Assembly (NCBI GenBank): GCA_965655805.1
Contig: CBFHJN010000002.1
Location: forward strand, 3,143-67,142
From: Flavobacteriaceae bacterium
GTDB taxonomy: Bacteria > Bacteroidota > Bacteroidia > Flavobacteriales > Flavobacteriaceae
Length of the DNA stretch: 64,000 nt
Direction of reading: 5' to 3'
The notes beneath the pieces were generated by a model. That model was not told the DNA's origin. It did no database searches and was given only the letters and a program-made list of their open reading frames with translations. Position numbers and translations under genes: made by a program. Of the stretch, positions 19,570-28,304 are shown piece by piece. How positions within the stretch are numbered: the first letter of the stretch is position 1; each line of letters opens with the position of its first letter.

Positions 19570-20475
19570 ATGAAACACGTATTTTCGCTCTGCACACTAC
19601 TGCTCACGTTCCAAATGCTCATGTCCCAATCCTTAAACAAACAGGTAAAAGATGAGGACGGCAAAGACATGCTTTTAGGAACCGTTAATAAAACAGGATT
19701 AACACAAGCACCTTTTGGCGAGTGGTTTAATAAAAACCACGACGCATATGCCGTAAATGACAAAATTGTAAACCAACTAAAAGATTCACTTAAGCAATAC
19801 ACCATCAAAGTGTTTTTAGGCACTTGGTGTGGTGACAGCAAACGTGAAGTGCCACACTTTTATAGTGTATTAGAAACGGCCGACTTTCCTATGAATCAAT
19901 TAGAGGTTATTGCTTTAGACCATGCAGATACAGCTTATAAACAAGGTCCAAATGATGAGGAAAAAGACCTAAATATTCACCGAGTACCAACCTTTATTTT
20001 TTATAAAAATGGTGAAGAAGTGAATCGGATTGTGGAGTTTCCTAACGAAACATTGGAGCGCGATATGCTAAAAATTGTAAACCAAGAACGTTACTACCCA
20101 CATTACTATGTGGCCAATACCTTGTTTAATTTTATAGAGAAAAACAGCTTGGAAGATCTTAAAAAGAGTGAACCTAATTTTCTGGTCACGTTTTTAGAAT
20201 ACTCGGAAGGCAGCAAAGAATTAAATACACTTGGAAATGTTTATTACTATGACAAGCAATTTGACAAAGCTGCGTATGTTTTTGATTTAAATGCCAAGCT
20301 ATTTCCTAATCGCCATATTGTTTACACCAGCTTGGGGAAATTACAGTTTGAAACCAAAAATTATCCAGAGGCCATAAAAAATTATTACCAGTCCTTAAGC
20401 CTATTTCCTGATGATACTAATGCTTTGGAAATGATTGAGAAGATTAAGGCTGCTATTATTGAAAACAAGGGTTGA
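19570..20475 (+). CDS. Exported thioredoxin-like protein (WCGDS, CxxS) with C-terminal TPR repeats
   Basis: Signal peptide LMS/Q, FLGTWCGDSKREVP, RVPTFIF (cis-Pro), and TPR helices (LNTLGNVYY...YTSLGKLQF...A). Confidence 0.8.
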   Translation: MKHVFSLCTLLLTFQMLMSQSLNKQVKDEDGKDMLLGTVNKTGLTQAPFGEWFNKNHDAYAVNDKIVNQLKDSLKQYTIKVFLGTWCGDSKREVPHFYSVLETADFPMNQLEVIALDHADTAYKQGPNDEEKDLNIHRVPTFIFYKNGEEVNRIVEFPNETLERDMLKIVNQERYYPHYYVANTLFNFIEKNSLEDLKKSEPNFLVTFLEYSEGSKELNTLGNVYYYDKQFDKAAYVFDLNAKLFPNRHIVYTSLGKLQFETKNYPEAIKNYYQSLSLFPDDTNALEMIEKIKAAIIENKG

Positions 20476-20478
20476 TTG

Positions 20479-20525
20479 CTTCTCGATACATTTTTTTCGT
20501 CCCTCTAAAAACACTCGAAGTGACG
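20479..20525. repeat. REP-like extragenic element, family A, copy 2
   Basis: CTTCTCGATACA - 23 nt - CTCGAAGTGACG. Arms identical to 16532-16576, spacer different. Confidence 0.75.
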
Positions 20526-20558
20526 CGAAAGTAAATTTTACTGCATACTAAAATAAAT

Positions 20559-20595
20559 AGACCTCACAGTTCCAAAAATCAGAATTGTGAGGTCT
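20559..20595. repeat. REP-like palindrome, family B, copy 2 / terminator
   Basis: AGACCTCACAGTTC-caaaaatca-GAATTGTGAGGTCT, a 14-bp stem with one G-U pair. Confidence 0.7.
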
Positions 20596-20625
20596 TTACT
20601 ATTTTACAAAAACGTGTTTTATACG

Positions 20626-20844
20626 TTATGTTGCATACGTATGGTTCATACCTTTTTTTTCTACAAAGTATTTAATGATATATATAATTGAGCCAAAAAT
20701 AGGCACAAAAATCACGAACAGCGTCCATAAACGTTTGAACAACGGTTTTTGTTCGTTTTTAAATATGAATACTAAACTTGTTAAAAATAAGGCTAATGCA
20801 AGAATTGCACTAATAATTAAAATTACTGGATTTACTATAGTCAT
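20626..20844 (-). CDS. Small two-TM protein of the PLDc_N (phospholipase D N-terminal) type
   Basis: KRLWTLFVIFVPIFGSIIY matches the K..W...P..G..Y pattern. Confidence 0.75.
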   Translation of the reverse strand: MTIVNPVILIISAILALALFLTSLVFIFKNEQKPLFKRLWTLFVIFVPIFGSIIYIIKYFVEKKGMNHTYAT

Positions 20845-20974
20845 ATTTTAAAGTGGTTAAGATTTGGATGACATTTCAAGTTTTTAAAATCATTTGAATT
20901 TTGAATGAAGATAAAATAAAATTTGTGGATAGAAAAATTCTGTTGATTTACTTTAACCGGTCAGGTCTTTCTTT

Positions 20975-22747
20975 TTAAATAATTTCCATTTTCTTCAATA
21001 AGAAACTCGCATTCATATTCTGGCAAATGCCTTTTTTAAATTTATAATCGAAAAAGAGTTCGTCATTAATAATCTGTGCATCGAAATAGTAGTTTTTTAC
21101 GGGTTCTAAATCCGTTTCTATTTCGCACAAGCTTAAATCATGCGTGGCAATAATTCCTGTGGCATTGGAAGCCACCAATTTCTCAACAAACTTTTTAGAA
21201 CCAATAGCTTTATCGGTGGAATTGGTACCTTTTAAAATTTCATCAAGAATAATAAAATAGGGTTCGTTTTGAATAGCTTCTACAATGAATTTTAAACGCG
21301 TTAATTCTGAAAAGAAGTAACTACTATCATCGGTTAACGAATCGCTAGTACGCATGCTTGTAATTAATTTAATTGGTTGATAATTACTTGATGCTGCACA
21401 AACTGGCAACCCAACATTCGCCATAACAATATGTAAGGAAACCGTTCTTAAAAACGTACTCTTCCCAGCCATGTTAGCTCCTGTAACAATAAAAAATTGA
21501 TGATTATTTATTGTTAAATCACTAGCTACACGTTTTTCTGAATCTAATAATGGGTGACCTAATTGTTTGGCATTGATGGTTGTTTCAGACGTTATAATAT
21601 TTGGAAACACATAATTTGGATGATTAAAGGCATAATTTCCTAAACTGTTATAGGCATCAAAAAAAGAAACCACATCAAACCAATGCGACACTGTTTCGTG
21701 ATACTGTGCTATCCACTGTTCTACTTTATAACTGTTTTTTAAATCGAGAAGAAAAAAACCATTTCCTAAAATAGCCGAAATCAAGTTATTTCTATTATCT
21801 AAAGCGTCCAAATGTTTTGAAAACTTGGCAAAGATAGCAGACGCTTTTTGGTTTTTTAATTGAATCTGTTCTTGCTTCTCTTTGAGTAAATTGGATGTAA
21901 ATGTTTCCTGTTCAATCTGATCTAAAAGTGTGGCATATTGTCTAAAGGTGTCTTTTACTTTATCGGTATTACTAGATAGGTTATTTATCTTTTTCAAATA
22001 GACACCCGTAATGAGTAAACCTAAAACCAACCAACATAAAACAAATACGGCTGGAATAATTTCCAATATGGATAATACAATAACTAAAACAGAAGCCAAA
22101 CTGAAAGCTATAGGAAACCAACGCATCATTTTTGGTAAAAACAACTGGTGATTTTTTAGCCAGTCAATAATGTTTACGGCTGGTGTTTCTACCTTTATCA
22201 AGGTGGCAACACCTGAAAAATGTTGCCGCCAATCTAGTTTATTGGCGAGTTCTTTAATGACTTCTTGTCGCGATCCAACCTGGTGAATATCATTAGCATT
22301 TAAGGCATCCGCTAATTTTTTAGTGCCTTCGTTTATGCTTGTTCTATTGATAAACTGAAAGAAGGAGCCTTTCCCAAACAAATCAATGTCTAAACTGTAA
22401 AAATGCTTCGGATTTTGAAATTCAGAACCAGTTGGACGCTCATGAAAAATTCCAGAAGCTATAGCCAATTCATCCTCATTAATAGTAACTAATGCTTTAT
22501 GAAGATTTCGTTGGTATTTAATATCTGTGTATTTAGCAAGCGTAAAAATGAAACTTGCAATTCCTAATATTCCAATACCTAATGCTAATTGCGAATTCTG
22601 AAATGTTGCATAAATACCCAACCCTGTCACTAAAAAAATACTCAAGCGTAACATACTAAACGTAAATAGTTTTTTATTATACGTTTTTACAGTGGCTTGA
22701 TGGTTTTCTAATTGGTGTTTATAATAGGTGTTGGGTTCGTGGTTCAT
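20975..22747 (-). CDS. Membrane-anchored MutS-like ATPase (core and domain V only)
   Basis: TGANMAGKSTFLR, SYFFSEL, ILDEILKGTNS and ATHDL. Hydrophobic segments near aa 28-75 and 205-250. No mismatch-binding domain I and no Smr domain. Confidence 0.88.
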   Translation of the reverse strand: MNHEPNTYYKHQLENHQATVKTYNKKLFTFSMLRLSIFLVTGLGIYATFQNSQLALGIGILGIASFIFTLAKYTDIKYQRNLHKALVTINEDELAIASGIFHERPTGSEFQNPKHFYSLDIDLFGKGSFFQFINRTSINEGTKKLADALNANDIHQVGSRQEVIKELANKLDWRQHFSGVATLIKVETPAVNIIDWLKNHQLFLPKMMRWFPIAFSLASVLVIVLSILEIIPAVFVLCWLVLGLLITGVYLKKINNLSSNTDKVKDTFRQYATLLDQIEQETFTSNLLKEKQEQIQLKNQKASAIFAKFSKHLDALDNRNNLISAILGNGFFLLDLKNSYKVEQWIAQYHETVSHWFDVVSFFDAYNSLGNYAFNHPNYVFPNIITSETTINAKQLGHPLLDSEKRVASDLTINNHQFFIVTGANMAGKSTFLRTVSLHIVMANVGLPVCAASSNYQPIKLITSMRTSDSLTDDSSYFFSELTRLKFIVEAIQNEPYFIILDEILKGTNSTDKAIGSKKFVEKLVASNATGIIATHDLSLCEIETDLEPVKNYYFDAQIINDELFFDYKFKKGICQNMNASFLLKKMEII

Positions 22748-22765
22748 ATTAAAGTGTTAATCTTT

Positions 22766-23680
22766 TTAGAATGTTAATACATCAATTTGATTGAACATAC
22801 TAATAATACTTTCTACAGCATTTTTATAAAACTCGGGATGAATGTTTTCAAAATCATCCGTTGGTTGATGGTAATCGTCATGGTCTTCTACTCCGAAGTA
22901 TAAAAAAGGAATTCCTTTTATATTAAATGGTGCATGATCCGAAGAAAATAGCCAGTTTTGTTTACCATCAGTTCCGTCATGACCGGCTATGATGGTAATG
23001 TTATCAGATTTTTCTAAATTTTCATATACTGTTTCCAATTGTGGATGACTTTTTACACCTGTTACATATAATTCTTTTTGATCATTTCGAGAAACCATAT
23101 CTAAATTAATATTAAGTATGATAGCTTCTATATCCACCACAGGATTATCGACAAAAAATTTAGAACCTCGAAGTCCTAATTCTTCAGCATCAAAAAAAGC
23201 TAAAATAACAGAATGCTTTGGTGGATTTTTCTGAAACGTTTCAGCAAACGCAAATAAGGCACTTACACCGGACGCGTCATCATCTGCTCCATTATAAATT
23301 TGACCATTTTTTATACCTTCATGATCATAATGCGCACTGATTACAATATATTTTTCCGGAAAATCTGTTCCTTTTATGGTGCCGAGTATATTAACACCAT
23401 TGTATTCTTTTTCACGACTTTTAAAAGTGAATGGCTGTTCAAAATTTGATGCTAAAGGTGTTACATTTAGCAATCTTAACTGCTCAACAATGTAAGTTTT
23501 TGCTTTCACGGCTCCAGTAGTTCCAGTACGCCTACCTTCATACGCGTCAGATGATAACTCCTTGACATGTTCAAGTAAATTATCAGGATTAAAACTGTAT
23601 GAGTCATTGATTTGTCCTGAAGAATTACAGGAAAACAGCAAAATAAAAGCTGCTGACAGAAAAATATTAATGCGTTTCAT
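22766..23680 (-). CDS. M28-family metallopeptidase lipoprotein
   Basis: SAHYDH, GADDDASG, DAEELGL, NLDM, SDH and YH. Lipobox LLFSC from ATG 23680 (the track TTG at 23710 lies in the terminator). Confidence 0.9.
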   Translation of the reverse strand: MKRINIFLSAAFILLFSCNSSGQINDSYSFNPDNLLEHVKELSSDAYEGRRTGTTGAVKAKTYIVEQLRLLNVTPLASNFEQPFTFKSREKEYNGVNILGTIKGTDFPEKYIVISAHYDHEGIKNGQIYNGADDDASGVSALFAFAETFQKNPPKHSVILAFFDAEELGLRGSKFFVDNPVVDIEAIILNINLDMVSRNDQKELYVTGVKSHPQLETVYENLEKSDNITIIAGHDGTDGKQNWLFSSDHAPFNIKGIPFLYFGVEDHDDYHQPTDDFENIHPEFYKNAVESIISMFNQIDVLTF

Positions 23681-23708
23681 TTGGATATAATTATAAGTAT
23701 AAAGAAAC

Positions 23709-23737
23709 AAAAAATCCCAAGATAAAACTTGGGATTT
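23709..23737 (-). terminator. Intrinsic terminator of sdhCAB
   Basis: AAATCCCAAG-ataaaa-CTTGGGATTT with an A-tract on the left. Confidence 0.8.
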
Positions 23738-23758
23738 ATATACATTTAAAAAAATAGT

Positions 23759-24505
23759 TTACCCTTTTAAGGACGCTTTTAAATACTCACGATTCATACG
23801 TGCAATATTTTCTAATGAAATTCCTTTAGGACATTCCACTTCACAAGCACCAGTATTCGTACAATTACCAAAACCTTCTTCGTCCATTTGTTGTACCATG
23901 TTTAAAACACGATCTGTTGCTTCTACTTTACCTTGCGGTAACAAAGCAAATTGCGATACTTTGGCTCCTACAAAAAGCATAGCTGATGAGTTTTTGCAAC
24001 TCGCTACACAGGCACCACAACCAATACAGGTTGCAGCGCTAAAGGCATCGTCTGCATCATGCTTATTTACTGGAATAGCATTAGCATCAATGGTATTTCC
24101 AGAGGTGTTTACTGAAATAAAGCCACCTGCATGTTGGATACGATCAAAAGCACTTCTATCAACCACTAAATCCTTAATAACCGGAAATGCGGTTGCTCTA
24201 AATGGCTCTATAACTATAGTATCGCCATCTTTAAACATACGCATATGTAATTGACATGTTGTTACACCACGATCTGGACCATGGGCTTCTCCATTAATAT
24301 ATAAGGAGCACATACCACAAATTCCTTCACGACAATCGTGATCAAATTCTACAGGCTCATCACCTTTATTGATTAGACCTTCATTTAATACGTCTAACAT
24401 TTCTAGGAAAGACATATCTGGCGAAACATCACTAATTGGATATTCAACTAATTTGCCCTTATCGTTTGCGTTTTTTTGACGCCATATTTTTAACGTTAAA
24501 TTCAT
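23759..24505 (-). CDS. sdhB: Succinate dehydrogenase/fumarate reductase Fe-S subunit
   Basis: CREGICGMC...[12 protein letters not shown] and [11 protein letters not shown]. Confidence 0.97.
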   Translation of the reverse strand: MNLTLKIWRQKNANDKGKLVEYPISDVSPDMSFLEMLDVLNEGLINKGDEPVEFDHDCREGICGMCSLYINGEAHGPDRGVTTCQLHMRMFKDGDTIVIEPFRATAFPVIKDLVVDRSAFDRIQHAGGFISVNTSGNTIDANAIPVNKHDADDAFSAATCIGCGACVASCKNSSAMLFVGAKVSQFALLPQGKVEATDRVLNMVQQMDEEGFGNCTNTGACEVECPKGISLENIARMNREYLKASLKG

Positions 24506-24516
24506 AGCTTTCCTTC

Positions 24517-26514
24517 TTATTTATAACTTCTTTCTTTCACTTCAATATTTTCGTAAACCAAATCTTCTTTATGTAAAACCGCATCTTTTGGCTCTCCTTT
24601 ATACTCCCAAGCTGCAACGTATTGGAATTCTTTTCTACGTTGTGCTTCGCCTTCATCTGTTTGGTATTCTTCTCTAAAATGACCACCTGCAGATTCTTCA
24701 CGTAACAAGGCGTCTTTTGCAAATAATTCACCTAGCTCCAAATAATCAGCTACACGTAAGGCTTTGGCTAATTCTTCATTAAATTCTTCATTAGTTCCAG
24801 TTACGCGAACATCTTTCCAGAATTCGGCACGTAGTTCAGCAATTTCTGAAATAGCTAATTTTAAATCCTCTGCATTTCGAGCCATGCCACATTTGTTCCA
24901 CATAATCTTACCTAAGCGTTTGTGGAAATGATCTACAGAATGCGTACCGTTATTATTAATTAAATGTGCAATATTATCACGTACACTCTTCTCTGCTTCG
25001 TCAAATGCTGCAGAATTCGTAGGAATCGTTCCAGTTCTAATATCATTAGCTAAATAATCTCCGATTGTATAAGGCAGTACAAAATAGCCATCGGCTAAAC
25101 CTTGCATTAATGCTGAAGCTCCTAGCCTGTTGGCTCCATGATCTGAAAAGTTCGCCTCACCAATTGCATATAAACCTGGAATGGTAGTTTGCAAATTATA
25201 ATCTACCCAGATGCCTCCCATAGTATAGTGAACGGCTGGGTAAATCATCATAGGTGTTTCGTATGGATTTTGATCTACGATTTTCTCATACATCTGAAAC
25301 AAGTTACCATATTTATTTTTCACCACTTCTTGCCCTAATTTTCTAACAAGAGCATCATCATTTTCATCTAAACCTTTTATGTGAGCTTGCTCTTTTCCGT
25401 AACGCATAAATGCAGCAGCAAAATCTAAATAAACGGCTTCACCCGTAGCATTAACACCAAAACCAGCATCACAACGTTCTTTAGCAGCACGCGATGCTAC
25501 ATCACGAGGCACTAAATTTCCGAAGGCAGGATAACGACGCTCTAAATAATAATCGCGATCTGCTTCTTCCAATTGTGTTGGTTTTAATTTACCAGCTCGA
25601 ATGGCTTCTACGTCTTTTTTATGTTTTGGCACCCAAATACGTCCATCGTTTCGTAACGATTCTGACATAAGGGTTAATTTAGATTGATGATCTCCTGAAA
25701 CAGGAATACACGTTGGGTGAATTTGCGTATAACATGGATTAGCAAAGTAAGCACCACGTTTGTGTGCTTTCCAAGCAGCAGTTACATTAGAACCCATGGC
25801 ATTCGTTGACAGGAAAAACACATTTCCATATCCTCCAGTTCCTAAAACTACTGCATGAGCTGAATGACGCTCAATTTCTCCAGTTACTAAATTACGTGCA
25901 ATGATACCACGTGCTTTGCCATCAACAATTACGACATCTAACATTTCATGACGACTATACATTTTTACTTTACCACGACCGATTTGACGGTTTAATGCCG
26001 AATATGCTCCTAATAAAAGCTGCTGACCTGTTTGACCAGCTGCGTAAAATGTTCTTGAAACTAATACACCACCAAAGGACCGATTATCTAAATATCCACC
26101 ATATTCACGTGCAAAAGGAACACCTTGCGCCACACATTGGTCAATAATATTCGCCGATACTTCTGCCAAACGATATACGTTAGCTTCACGCGAACGGTAA
26201 TCACCACCTTTTACGGTATCATAAAATAAACGGTAAGTGGAATCACCATCACCTTGATAGTTTTTAGCTGCATTAATTCCACCTTGTGCAGCAATAGAGT
26301 GCGCACGTCTGGCAGAATCTTGAAAACAAAATGCTTTTACATTATAACCCAATTCTGCTAACGTTGCCGCTGCCGAACCACCTGCTAAACCCGTACCAAC
26401 AACAATAACGTCTATTAAACGCTTGTTGGCTGGATTCACCAAGTTGATTGAGTTTTTATGATTAGTCCATTTATCTTTTAAAGGACCTTCTGGTATTTTA
26501 GAATCTAAAGCCAT
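24517..26514 (-). CDS. sdhA: Succinate dehydrogenase/fumarate reductase flavoprotein subunit
   Basis: GTGLAG FAD-binding motif, [20 protein letters not shown] and [11 protein letters not shown]. Confidence 0.97.
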   Translation of the reverse strand: MALDSKIPEGPLKDKWTNHKNSINLVNPANKRLIDVIVVGTGLAGGSAAATLAELGYNVKAFCFQDSARRAHSIAAQGGINAAKNYQGDGDSTYRLFYDTVKGGDYRSREANVYRLAEVSANIIDQCVAQGVPFAREYGGYLDNRSFGGVLVSRTFYAAGQTGQQLLLGAYSALNRQIGRGKVKMYSRHEMLDVVIVDGKARGIIARNLVTGEIERHSAHAVVLGTGGYGNVFFLSTNAMGSNVTAAWKAHKRGAYFANPCYTQIHPTCIPVSGDHQSKLTLMSESLRNDGRIWVPKHKKDVEAIRAGKLKPTQLEEADRDYYLERRYPAFGNLVPRDVASRAAKERCDAGFGVNATGEAVYLDFAAAFMRYGKEQAHIKGLDENDDALVRKLGQEVVKNKYGNLFQMYEKIVDQNPYETPMMIYPAVHYTMGGIWVDYNLQTTIPGLYAIGEANFSDHGANRLGASALMQGLADGYFVLPYTIGDYLANDIRTGTIPTNSAAFDEAEKSVRDNIAHLINNNGTHSVDHFHKRLGKIMWNKCGMARNAEDLKLAISEIAELRAEFWKDVRVTGTNEEFNEELAKALRVADYLELGELFAKDALLREESAGGHFREEYQTDEGEAQRRKEFQYVAAWEYKGEPKDAVLHKEDLVYENIEVKERSYK

Positions 26515-26528
26515 ATTAGATATGTTTA

Positions 26529-27215
26529 TTAGTGATTAAAATGATGGAATAATGCAATGAAAATAAAGCCTAAAGGAATACCTATAGCGTAAACTTTCGC
26601 AAAACCTATTAATCCTTTTGTGTATTTATTATTAGCACCAACCGACTGAAAAGCAGACATAAAGCCATGCAATAAATGCAGTGCTAGAAACACGAATGCT
26701 AAACAATAAGCTCCAACACGAAGTGGGTTTTCAAACTTATGAACTAACTCTTCGTAGTATCTGAAACCGCTATTCACATTATCTGGATCAAGAAGACCAG
26801 ACATATCGCCTTTAAAATATTTGATATTGATTTCTGGCGCCCAAAAATCGATGAAGTGAAGAATCATAAATGCTAAAATGGCCAAACCACTCCAGATCAT
26901 ATTTCTACTCATCCATGATGAATTAGCGCTTCCGTTATTTTTGGCATAACTGATTTTCCGTGCCTTGTTATTTTTAATTTCCAGAACGAATCCCATAATA
27001 AAATGAAAAATGACACCAAAAATTAAAATCGGTTGAATAACGTATTGTATTAACCAAAAGGTTCCCATAAAATGAGAGACCTCATTAAACGTATCTGCAC
27101 TGAATACCGACAAGATGTTAATAGCAAAATGCTGTAGTAAAAAAATCATTAGGAAGAATGCCGAAAGTGCCATGGCAAATTTTCTTCCAATCGAAGAATT
27201 CAAAATTCCGCTCAT
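26529..27215 (-). CDS. sdhC: Succinate dehydrogenase cytochrome b membrane subunit (single anchor)
   Basis: [12 protein letters not shown], five TM helices with heme His residues (LQH, IFH, ILH, ALH). First gene of the operon. Confidence 0.95.
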   Translation of the reverse strand: MSGILNSSIGRKFAMALSAFFLMIFLLQHFAINILSVFSADTFNEVSHFMGTFWLIQYVIQPILIFGVIFHFIMGFVLEIKNNKARKISYAKNNGSANSSWMSRNMIWSGLAILAFMILHFIDFWAPEINIKYFKGDMSGLLDPDNVNSGFRYYEELVHKFENPLRVGAYCLAFVFLALHLLHGFMSAFQSVGANNKYTKGLIGFAKVYAIGIPLGFIFIALFHHFNH

Positions 27216-27239
27216 TGTTGAAGTTTAATATTTATATAA

Positions 27240-27247
27240 CAAAGATA
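27240..27247 (-). promoter_or_regulatory. -7 element (TATCTTTG) of sdhCAB
   Basis: Exact TAnnTTTG 24 nt upstream of the sdhC ATG. Confidence 0.7.
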
Positions 27248-27291
27248 CGCTTCCAATCAGTTTTAGACAAAATACAATGATGAATAATGAG

Positions 27292-27312
27292 TATTTAGAA
27301 TGATTTTAAACA
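27292..27312. promoter_or_regulatory. Fur-like palindromic operator upstream of sdhCAB
   Basis: TATTTAGAAT-G-ATTTTAAACA, 2 mismatches from the palindrome TATTTAGAAT-N-ATTCTAAATA. Confidence 0.55.
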
Positions 27313-27316
27313 GAAT

Positions 27317-27352
27317 AAAAAAATCCGCTTGATTCTACCATCAAACGGATTT
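27317..27352 (-). terminator. Intrinsic terminator of the 27374-28255 gene
   Basis: AAATCCGCTTGAT...ATCAAACGGATTT stem (one mismatch) with an A-tract. Confidence 0.7.
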
Positions 27353-27373
27353 CATAAATATTTAAATTTTCTA

Positions 27374-28255
27374 TTATTCAACCATAGGAATTAAGCCGCG
27401 CAAACCCATATCTACTAATTGCTCACCAGCTTGTGGCTCATATTTTCCATCGGCATTAATTTCGGTCCACTCAAAACTATTATTTACAGAAAATGACAAC
27501 GTTACAACCACATCTTGCGTTTCATTACCAGAAATGATTAAGCCATTTTCAAATTCACCGGTTACTACACAAGAGCCTTGTGGAATTGGCGATGAATTAA
27601 ATAACGGATTCGGAACCGTTGTTGCTCCAGGAGGTGCTTGCCCTTGAGACGTAAAACCTAAAGCTTCAAAAGCCCAAAAACCTTGCAATTTATTTTCGTT
27701 TACAGGAAAATTAGCACCATTGAAAGTAAGTATTGGTATGTAGGTGTTATAACCTACAAAACTGGCTAATGTTCCCGAATATTCATTACCATCTGCTGCT
27801 AAAAAATCAATAGCACCTTCTTGATATGCTAATGATACGCGCACCCAACTGTAATTTCCAGAAGCAACTTGACTTAAAGGTATTGTTAAAAACGTTTCAT
27901 TATTTCCTGCAAATTTAGCCTGACTGAAATCTATAGCTTTTTCACCTCCTAAACTTGTTGATGGTCCTTCATAAACAATTGCACCCTCTCCTAATAAGGT
28001 AGTTGCTGTTGGTGCCAATTCAATATAATGCGAACTCATTCTAGCAAAATCTGGTGATTGCGCAGCATTTCCCGCTGGAATTGTTGCTGGATTACCTAAA
28101 TTATTTAGACGCACTTGATTGGGATCAAATTTAAACTTGATTACTAAATTAGCGCCTTCAGGATTCGGTTCGTTTATAGGTTCATTAAAAGATTCATCAC
28201 TGCAAGACCATAAGCTTATTAAAGCTAAACAAAATAAAAATCGTAGGTTTTTCAT
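27374..28255 (-). CDS. Hypothetical surface lipoprotein, beta-rich
   Basis: Lipobox LWSC followed by acidic SDES. 293-aa ORF co-oriented with the upstream BNR gene. Confidence 0.7.
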   Translation of the reverse strand: MKNLRFLFCLALISLWSCSDESFNEPINEPNPEGANLVIKFKFDPNQVRLNNLGNPATIPAGNAAQSPDFARMSSHYIELAPTATTLLGEGAIVYEGPSTSLGGEKAIDFSQAKFAGNNETFLTIPLSQVASGNYSWVRVSLAYQEGAIDFLAADGNEYSGTLASFVGYNTYIPILTFNGANFPVNENKLQGFWAFEALGFTSQGQAPPGATTVPNPLFNSSPIPQGSCVVTGEFENGLIISGNETQDVVVTLSFSVNNSFEWTEINADGKYEPQAGEQLVDMGLRGLIPMVE

Positions 28256-28304
28256 ATTAAAGGGTATTTGGGGTTAATAACTCAAAAATAAATAAAAAAG
28301 TATA

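Noticed and set aside
16532-20595. Recurrent short repeats with variable spacers as a possible CRISPR array
   Set aside because: There are only two dispersed copies per family, kilobases apart, with no tandem repeat-spacer periodicity and no cas genes.
9522-23737. Shared ATCCCAAG/CTTGGGAT stem in the glyS and sdh terminators as a mobile repeat
   Set aside because: Only 8-10 bp are shared, and both are fully explained as intrinsic terminators.
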